64,000 nucleotides of DNA, from assembly GCA_964016885.1 (NCBI GenBank), contig OZ024752.1:12896001-12960000 (forward strand), in the 5' to 3' direction. Origin of the DNA: Eledone cirrhosa. Lineage: Eukaryota. Shown here piece by piece: positions 55,423 to 64,000 of this stretch. Numbering within the stretch: the stretch's first letter is position 1; the number at the start of each line of letters is the position of its first letter. A model generated the notes under the pieces. That model did no database searches, was not told the origin of the DNA, and saw only the letters and a program-made list of their open reading frames with translations. Made by a program: the position numbers and the translations under genes.

Positions 55423-56282
55423 TAATGAAGAATTATGGGGCACACATGTGATCATTCAATTTGCTAGAAATATCAGTCAAATTTCGCTTAAACTGCATGC
55501 TAACACTTTTTAAATCATGACAGTAGATAATATCACTGGAAGTTGACAATTACTGAAAAAACAAATCTGAGATGGTCATGACTGGAATGACTTTGGATAT
55601 GTCTGTTTGGGTGACATGGGTGAGTTGTCACGGTCTGAAACAGGATGGACCAGAGCAATTCATCTTGCTCATTACATTTCATATTTGATGTGATTTTATG
55701 GTTGGATGCCAGCATGGAAGACAGATATAAAATGATGATGATGATGATGATGTCGATGATGATGATGATGATGTCTAATATCAGTAAAGAAGGGATTATC
55801 CTAATATTTACAATAATCTTTATTTCTATAATTTACATATATATATCGATCAACTTTCATCAAATCGGACAAGGAAACAATGTTTTCCGTTGGTCTTTCC
55901 AGTTGCTAATACTATCTATTGGTCGCAACTCCAGATAGAAGGAACAACGTGAAATAAAGTGCCGTGCCCAAGGACATAACGCATTGCCCGGTCCAGTAAT
56001 CAAACTCACAACCTCACGATTGTGAATCCAATTCTCTAACCATTCCACGTGTATCACTCGACTTACTAGCAATGGTAGGAAAATATCCCTCGAATTATAT
56101 CATACCATCTTCAAAAAGGAGGTTCATAATGAACAATTTAGTGCTTAATATAATACAGAATGATGGTTTGATCATAACTGAAACATATTTTGTCAAGGTC
56201 TGCTTGAGTAAGTCTCACTTGGGGTTAAACAATAACAACAACAACAATTATAGAAAATATACTTTTGAAATATATATAATAT

Positions 56283-56865
56283 AATGAAATTATTGTGTAC
56301 AGTGCTCAGGTGCACTACAACTCATCAAAGGTGCATGTATAGTACATAGAATAATGTACAAATGTCAGGAAAATGAACAGTGTATGAGTCATGATATAAT
56401 AATAATAACAACAATGAAATATTGTGTACAGTGCCCAGGTGCACCACAACTCATCAAAGGTGCATGTATAGTACATAGAATAATGTACAAATGTCAGGAA
56501 AATGAACAGTGTATGAGTCATGATATAATAATAATAACAACAATGAAATATTGTGTACAGTGCCCAGGTGCACCACAACTCATCAAAGGTGCATGTATAG
56601 TACATAGAATAATGTACAAATGTCAGGAAAATGAACAGTGTATGAGTCATGATATAATAATAATAACAACAATGAAATATTGTGTACAGTGCCCAGGTGC
56701 ACCACAACTCATCAAAAAAAAAAAAAAGTGCATGTACAGTACATAGGGCAATGCACAAACATCAGTAAAATGAACAGTGCACGAGTCATGATACACATGT
56801 GTGCATGTGTATGGAAGGGGTACATCAGGTGTAGTTTTGGCGTATTTTGGGAAGCATGAGTGCAT
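56283..56865 (-). repeat. 129-bp tandem repeat (~4 copies), probably from a LINE 3' end
   Basis: 43-aa periodicity; on the minus strand each unit ends in a (TTA)n-like tail. Confidence 0.8.
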
Positions 56866-56888
56866 TGAGATAATGAATATTAATTTTC

Positions 56889-57474
56889 TTTAACCCTTTA
56901 GCATTTACATTACTCTATATATACTATTGTATTTTCACAGTCAAGGCTTTACCTCACATAATATCTCACATAACATTTACATTACTCTATATATACTATT
57001 ATATTTTCACAGTAAAGGTCTTATCTCACATATCTCACATAACATTTACATTACTCTATATATACTATTGTATTTTCACAGTAAAAGTTTTACCTCACAT
57101 AATATCTCACATAACATTTACATTACTCTATATATACTATTGTATTTTCACAGTAAAAGTTTTACCTCACATAATATCTCACATAACATTTACATTACTC
57201 TATATATACTATTGTATTTTCACAGTAAAGGCTTTACCTCACATAATAACTCACATAACATTTACATTACTCGATATATACTATTGTATTTTCACAGTAA
57301 AGGCTTTACCTCACATAATATCTCACGTAATATCGAATGTATGAGATTTTGATGCTATTTATTTTGAGAACAATACCTTAATATCAGTATGAGTGGCTAA
57401 TTACAGTCAGTTTGAACAGAAAGAGGTGAGAGAATTCTGGCTGGATATGGCTGGTTTAAATGCTAAAGGGTTAA
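56889..57474. mobile_element. TTAA-flanked MITE with an internal 72-bp unit amplified ~6 times
   Basis: Same termini as 54832; 24-aa periodicity. Confidence 0.88.
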
Positions 57475-57660
57475 AATAGTAGGAACAGAAGGACAGGCGT
57501 AAGAGACAAAATGAAAATGAAATGAATGAAGAGGACAAACAGACAGAACAATGTTTGTAGAAGAAAACAATGAAGACTGAATGAAGAAAATGGAGTAATT
57601 ATTTGTCCTCTAACTGTACAACATGAGTCAACACAGGAAGAAGCAAAAGAAAGGTATTAT

Positions 57661-58114
57661 ATCAACTCTTAGCATCCTGGAATGATTTAGCAGAAAATTA
57701 TATGAAAATATAATAGAATGTAATTCAAATGTTTATAATATCTTTACGAGTGGACAGATTATTGCGAACATTTGTAGTATTAAAGTAAAGACAATACTCT
57801 TTAATATGATGCAGTCATAGTATTGTTTAGAACTTTTCCAGAATGTTTTGCTAATGCAGTTTCATGTGGTCCAGGATGTTAAGAGTTAACCCTTTAGCAT
57901 TTACATTATTCTATATTTACTATTATATTTTCATGGTAAAGGCTTTATCTCAAATAATTATCTCACATAATATCGAATCTATGAGACTTTGATATTATTT
58001 ATTTTGAGAACAATACCTTAACAGCAGTATGAGTAGCGGGTTACAGCCAGTTTGAACAGAAAGAGGTGAGAAAATTCTGGCCGGATATAGCTGGTTTAAA
58101 TGCTAAAGGGTTAA
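57661..58114. mobile_element. Two abutting TTAA MITEs of different families (57661-57889 and 57886-58114)
   Basis: AACTCTTAGCATCCTGG...CCAGGATGTTAAGAG-TTAA-CCCTTTAGCA...GGGTTAA. Confidence 0.75.
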
Positions 58115-58559
58115 ACTTATGAAAAATGTCTAAATAACTCTCTCACTGAAAATATACTATCATACTTGAGTCCATGAACATTCTCTTATATTGATATTGT
58201 TAGTTTCAATGAGTCAAGTCCGATTTTAGTGGAAAAACTGACTTCATCCTCAATTCATTTTTTTTTTATCTTCAATCATATAGTGTAGAATACTATTAGA
58301 ATAAAATCTTTTTTAGATGATAGTGTGGAATATGATAGTAAAATTATGATATTTTTATTGATTTATTTTCAAGTGTTTTAAATTGGATGAACGTAACAGA
58401 ATTAGTGATTGAATGGTTTATTTGCTGTGATGTGTTTAAATTTGATTTGATGGGCATAACTGGATTGGTGATTAAATACATTTTTGGTTTGTTTTCTCCT
58501 TAACATTTGAACAAAACAAAACATCCTTCATTTGATGACACAGTATATGCTAAACTTCT

Positions 58560-58785
58560 TTAACCCTTTAGCATTTACATTACTCTATATATACTATTGT
58601 ATTTTCACAGTAAGGCTTTACCTCACATAATATCTCACATAATATTGAATCTATGAAATTTTGATATCATTCATTTTAGGAACAATACCCTAACATCAGC
58701 ATGAGTGGCCAGTTACAGCTGGCTTGAACAGAAAGAGGTGAGATAATTCTGGCCAGATACGGCCAGTTTAATTGCTAAAGGGTTA
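58560..58785. mobile_element. TTAA-flanked MITE
   Basis: TTAACCCTTTAGCA...TGCTAAAGGGTTAA. Confidence 0.85.
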
Positions 58786-59148
58786 AGCTAACCATGAAGA
58801 AAATATTGTTTTTAAATGAAAATCATGGATTTCACCTGCTCTGTAGATTTGGAAAAGGTTTGATATTTTCTTTCAACAATTTAGCTGTATTAATATCAGT
58901 CAAATGTTTCGGTTTTTTCCTTCAAAGGAACCATTGTGTGACCTTCCTTTCAGAGTTGAAAAACATTAGCCAATCACTGCTGAAAAAGAAAAAAATGAAT
59001 AAATATTATATATTTCAGATATTGCTAGAGCCATGATAAAATACACCCAGTTCACTCTGTAAAATAGTTGTGTTAGAGCCTGTAAAATGCACTCAGCTCA
59101 TTATGTAAGTGATAAATCCATTTTGCAATATGATAAAATTCACTTAGT

Positions 59149-59830
59149 ACATCATCATCATCCAGCAGCCTCAGCTGAAATGTACTCAACAATTGATCTC
59201 CACGTGGGTCTGTTGTTCATTGTCGTTGTCAAGTCCTGGATTTCAGTACCAGAATCTCTGGAGATGACACCGGGATAGGAGAGCTTACGCCCCTGTTATT
59301 AGTGACTGCTTGTAGTTTCCAAAGCACTAATAGTGACACAGCCTCATAGGTGGCACGATGGCAGTGGCCAGCAAATCGGGATAGGAGAGCTTGTGCCCCC
59401 TGTTATTAGTGACTGCTTGTGGTTTCCAAAGCACTAATGGTGACACAGCCTCATAGGTGGCACGATGGCAGTGGCCAGCAAATCTGGGTAGGAGAGCTTG
59501 TTCCCCCTGTTATTAGTGATTGCTTGTAGTTTCCAAAGCACTAATGGTGACACAGCCTCATAGGTGGCACGATGGCAGTGGCCAGCAAATCGGGATAGGA
59601 GAGCTTGTGACCCCTTGTTATTAGTGACTGCTTGTGGTTTCGAAAGCACTAATAGACACAGCCTCATAGGTGGCACGATGGCAGTGGCCAGCAAAACTTA
59701 CTCTCCTTTTACATACAACGACAGATATGTGTGGAAGGCCGGCATATATCTCTCTCAAAGTCAGATATCGCCTGCTTATGTTCTGAATGCATTGAAGCAG
59801 GCGAGTGTAGGTGCCATCAAGGTAGTAGTG

Positions 59831-59893
<63 letters not shown>

Positions 59894-60505
59894 TAGGTGC
59901 CATCAAGGTGCTTTTGTTGTTTGGATGAAAGCGTCCATGTTTCACTTCCATATAGCAAGATTGGTTGAATTGTTACTAGGGAGAGTGTGATCTTGGTGTG
60001 GTTGGAAAGATTTGAATGCCAAACTTGATCCATCTTGTTGCAATCCTTCTCAGAGTCCATCCATGATCAAGGACCCAAGATACTTGAAATCCTCAACTTG
60101 CTTGATATCACTGCCGTTGATTGCTTTGATGTTGTTGCCTGTACAGTTTGATATGTTCTCTGTTTTACCCTCTAAATATCTCACTGACCTTGACTTTGAT
60201 GTTGTTGCCTGTACAGTTTGATATGTTCTCTGTTTTACCCTCTAAATATCTCACTGACCTTGACTTTGATGTTGTTGCCTGTACAGTTTGATATGTTCTC
60301 TGTTTTACCCTCTAAATATCTCACTGACCTTGACTTTGATGTTGTTGCCTGTACAGTTTGATATGTTCTCTGTTTTACCCTCTAAATATCTCACTGACCT
60401 TGACTTTGCAGATGACATTGCACTTCTTGCAGATTACCTAGAAAATGCGCAACAACTTTTGACATCTCTCCAGGAAGAAGTCGCCCTCGTTGGCCTCCAC
60501 CTTAG
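59149..60505 (-). mobile_element. RTE-like LINE remnant with a 5' inversion and internal tandem amplifications
   Basis: Minus strand: FKYLGS, LLYGSETW, RFAGHC and (GAT)n tail. Plus strand 60385-60505: LTDLDFADDIALL. Contains a 107-bp x4 and a 70-bp x4 array. Confidence 0.8.
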
Positions 60506-61053
60506 TACAAGCTGGTCACTGTCAAAGTCCTTGTTGTCCTTGGTCCCTCAACTGTTATTTTCCTCTGCAATATTGGAAAAGTGTAGCCCATCTTAAGAAG
60601 GAGCTGCAAGAGGCAGAGTGGTATATGTAATGGCTGAGATATACTGCTTAGACAAGGAGTATTAGTACTTATTCCTCATTTCCTTTACTTTCGGTATTGA
60701 AAGTTTTCTTTTTCTTTTTCATTTTATTTTTAATATGCAAAAGTTAATAAATTTCTTTCATATATTTTGAAATATACATATCATTGTTTTTCTCTGTTGC
60801 TATAAAGATATTCCCATATATATGTTATTGAAGAAGGAAATAAAAGAAATATCTTACCTCAACTATTAACATAGGTTATAGATTTTGGGCTTAGATATCT
60901 GCAAAATATATTTATGACATATTTAACACCAATGATGGTAACAGCAAGAAAACAAACTATGCATGTATTTAATATTCTAAATTATGAATAACAAATAAGA
61001 TGTACAAACAAATAATGATATAATGTTATATCTATCTAACTATCTACCTATCT

Positions 61054-61084
<31 letters not shown>

Positions 61085-61087
<3 letters not shown>

Positions 61088-61474
61088 GATATTAACAAAT
61101 GGAAACTATATTTATAAAACCATATTTATTTCATTATACATATTTCAAGGACACCAAGTTAAATTATGGTGTGCTTTCATCAGATAAAATATAATATACA
61201 TCAGTTTTATAAATAAATATTGACATACCCTTAAAGAATGCAACCATTGCTGTTGGAAGCTCCCGGATATATTATATTTTATTTTATCTGATGAAAGTAC
61301 ACCATAATTTAACTTGGTGTCCTTGAAATATGTATAATGAAATAAATATGGTTTTATAAATATAGTTTCCATTTGTTAATATCGTATTTTTACTCCAAAT
61401 ATTTGTTGAGTGCTTTATATCAGTTATAAAAATATTTGCTTGTTGTATCCCAACAATTTAAATAGAACTTTTAC
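61085..61474 (+). mobile_element. Family-A fold-back element (arms ~61085-61198 and ~61268-61386, plus tail)
   Basis: Inverted repeat; hammerhead ATTTTAT CTGATGA(61288)...GAAA TATGTA TA ATGAAAT; tail hairpin 61391-61412; (TA)n flanks. Confidence 0.82.
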
Positions 61475-61499
61475 ATATATATATATATATATAATTTTT

Positions 61500-61900
61500 T
61501 CATCATCATCATTTTCATCATTTCATTTTACGTCCGCTTTTTCCCTGCTTGCAAGGGTGGGACGGGAACTGATTCTGGCTTGATTTCTACAGCTGGATGC
61601 CCTTCCTAACACCAACCTCATTTACAGTGAGTGCTGGGTGCTTTTTTTCCATGGCGCCTACACATCCACTTTACAGTGAGTGCTGGGTGCTTTTTTGCCG
61701 TGGTACCTCCACGACTACTCGACAGTGGAATGATATGGACCCCAGTCCCTATCATCTCATTTCTACAGCTGAGTAAACTGGAGCAATGTGAAATAAAGTG
61801 TCTTGCTCAAGGAAACAACACATCACCCGGTCTGAGAATTGAACTCACAACCTTTCGATTGCAAGGCCAATGCTCTAACCACTAAGCCATGTGCCTCCAC
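61500..61900 (-). mobile_element. Full-length tRNA/CORE SINE with RTE tail
   Basis: Head TGGCTTAGTGG..GAGTTCAATTC; homologous to 6948-7268. Confidence 0.8.
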
Positions 61901-61934
61901 ATATATATATATATACATATATATATACATATAT

Positions 61935-62222
61935 AAAGTCTAAAGTCTGTCTTAAGCCAGAAGGCTCATTTGGCTGGTGCTTATCCTGGTTTCATAGTGT
62001 GAAGCGACTGAGAGTACAAGACTTACACCTGGATAGGACACCAGTCCATTGCAGGGTTAAACCCCCAGCTATAGCTGGTACTCATTTTCAGCTGATTATA
62101 CTGGAGCAACGTTAAATGAAGTGTTTTGCTTAAGAACACAACACACTATCCAGGAATTGAACCCACGACATTATGATTGTAAGTCCAACACCCTTGCCAC
62201 TAGGCCACTTGCCTCCACATGT
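61935..62222 (-). mobile_element. tRNA/CORE-type SINE
   Basis: TGGCCTAGTGG..GGTTCAATTCC head and CORE-like centre. Confidence 0.75.
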
Positions 62223-62225
62223 ATA

Positions 62226-63218
62226 TCATCATCATCATCATCATCATCGTTTAACGTCCGTGTTCCATGCTTGCATGGGTTTGGACGGGAGTTTTCCCAC
62301 TTGAGGCAAGAGTGGTTGTCTTGCTCGCATAGGACTGTCTGGCGGGTTTTCTACAGTTGGATGCCCTTCCTAACACCAACCACATTTACAGTGTGGGGCT
62401 GGGAGGTTTTTACTGTGTTGCCTACACGGCCACATTACAGCATGGACTGTCTGGCAGGTTTTCTACAGCTGGATGCCCTTCCTAACACCAACCAAATTTA
62501 CAGTGTGGGACTGGGAGGTTTTTACCGTGTTGCCTACACGGTCACATTACAGCGTGGACTGTGTGTTTTTTTGTCGTGACACCTACACGATCTCATTTGT
62601 TTCGGCCTGGATTTTGTGGCACCAACATAACTTTACATTGAAAGGGGCGGTGTGTTTAGGGGGTGGGGAGGTGGGATGGGGGTGTATTTTGTTAGAGATG
62701 CCTACTGACTGTAGTAGGTTTTACTTTGTATTTAGGTAACGCGGGTCTTCTCTATTACTGAGTACCGCCAAAGCTCTCGGTCCAGTGACATTGTCTTGGA
62801 GAGGTGTAAGTGTGTGAGGTCGGAATTTATCAGGTCGTCCCAGGTTTTTCTGGGTCTGCCTACTCCGTGGCTACCGTCTATCTTTATTGCCCTGCACTTT
62901 GCTATACAGCTGTCGTCTTTCATGCGCATCACGTGTCCATACCAACGTAGCCTTCTCTCGAGTAAACAACATCTGATCCCTCTTATTTCTAATTTTTTCC
63001 TTAGTTTGTTTATGCTTTGCCGTTCGCGTATATTACTATTACACATCCAGCGGAGCATGCAAGCTTCGTTCCTCTCTAGTCTGCGTATATCCTCTGCACA
63101 CAATGCCCAGGTCTCACTGCCATGCAATATTGCTGTTCGTATGCAGGCATCATACAACCTGCCTTTCATTTTTAGGGAGAACCCTTTAGCGGCTAATAGT
63201 GGTATAAGCTCTCTGAAC
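62226..63218 (-). mobile_element. 5'-truncated RTE LINE
   Basis: KGRLYDAC..LHGSETW..RRLRWYGHV..GRPRKTW; (GAT)n tail. Confidence 0.9.
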
Positions 63219-63282
63219 TATATATATATAACTAATAATAATAAAAAGAACAAAGTGTTAAATCTTCATTACATTTATTGAG

Positions 63283-63370
63283 GTGTGATGCGTGTTTCAC
63301 TGTTGATCAGCTCAAGGTTTGATCCGTATCGATCTGGCCCAACTCTGGATTCAAAAGCTCATCAGACTTT
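63283..63370 (-). ncRNA. Possible hammerhead motif with weak stem I
   Basis: GT CTGATGA GCTTTTGA...TCAACAGT GAAA CACGCA TC AC. Confidence 0.45.
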
Positions 63371-63429
63371 TGTTATGGTGAACCTACAGTAACTGGACGT
63401 TACAATCCCTGAACTATATATATATATGA

Positions 63430-63885
63430 AATGATATTAAATAAATGGAAACTATATTTATAAAACCATATTTATTTTATTATATATATTTCAAGGGTAC
63501 CAAGACACATTGATACGCTTTCATCAGATAAAATACAAAGTTTGTTTTATAAATAGAGACGTACCCATGAAAATCATACCTTATCGGTTGGAAATTCACT
63601 GTGAATTTCCAACCGATAAGGTATGATTTTCATGGGTACGTCTCTATTTATAAAACAAACTTTGTATTTTATCTGATGAAAGCGTATCAATGTGTCTTGG
63701 TACCCTTGAAATATATATAATAAAATAAATATGGTTTTATAAATATAGTTTCCATTTATTTAATCATCATCACCGTTTTACGTCCGTATCATTGAATATT
63801 TACTCCAGTAAACTGTTGAGTGCTCTAAATCAGTTATAAACATTTATATTTGTTGGACTTCCAACAAATTAAATACCCCTTCTAC

Positions 63886-63886
<1 letters not shown>
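63430..63886 (+). mobile_element. Family-A fold-back element (perfect arms around T63600, plus tail)
   Basis: ~164-bp arms; hammerhead 63665-63727 (TATTTTAT CTGATGA..GAAA TATATA TA ATAAAATA); tail hairpin 63801-63822; followed by (TA)n. Confidence 0.85.
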
Positions 63887-63966
<80 letters not shown>

Positions 63967-64000
63967 CAATTAGAGAGAGTTAGTTGATTTAAAATCAGTC

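Noticed and set aside
22832-61900. tRNA genes
   Set aside because: A/B boxes belong to SINE heads that continue into SINE bodies; no full cloverleaf was seen.

Overview
Very AT-rich, repeat-saturated eukaryotic genomic DNA. The repeat content (tRNA-derived Meta/MESC-type and CORE-type SINEs, RTE-clade LINE remnants with (GAT)n tails, Helitrons, huge (TA)n microsatellites) points to an invertebrate, most likely an octopus/cephalopod (inference). Nearly all long ORFs in the track are artefacts of microsatellites or tandem repeats. Only two probable host exons are seen (19715-19870 and a terminal exon 24128-24365). The main hidden signal is a dense set of small fold-back (inverted-repeat) elements sitting in (TA)n tracts. 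They carry minimal type-I hammerhead ribozyme motifs (about 15 loci read by eye) and a 3' tail that starts with a covarying hairpin with a 2-nt bulge. One copy (40769-42235) still holds a Penelope-like GIY-YIG endonuclease fragment, tying the set to Penelope-like retroelements (PLEs). All coordinates and pairings were read by eye; nothing was computed or searched.
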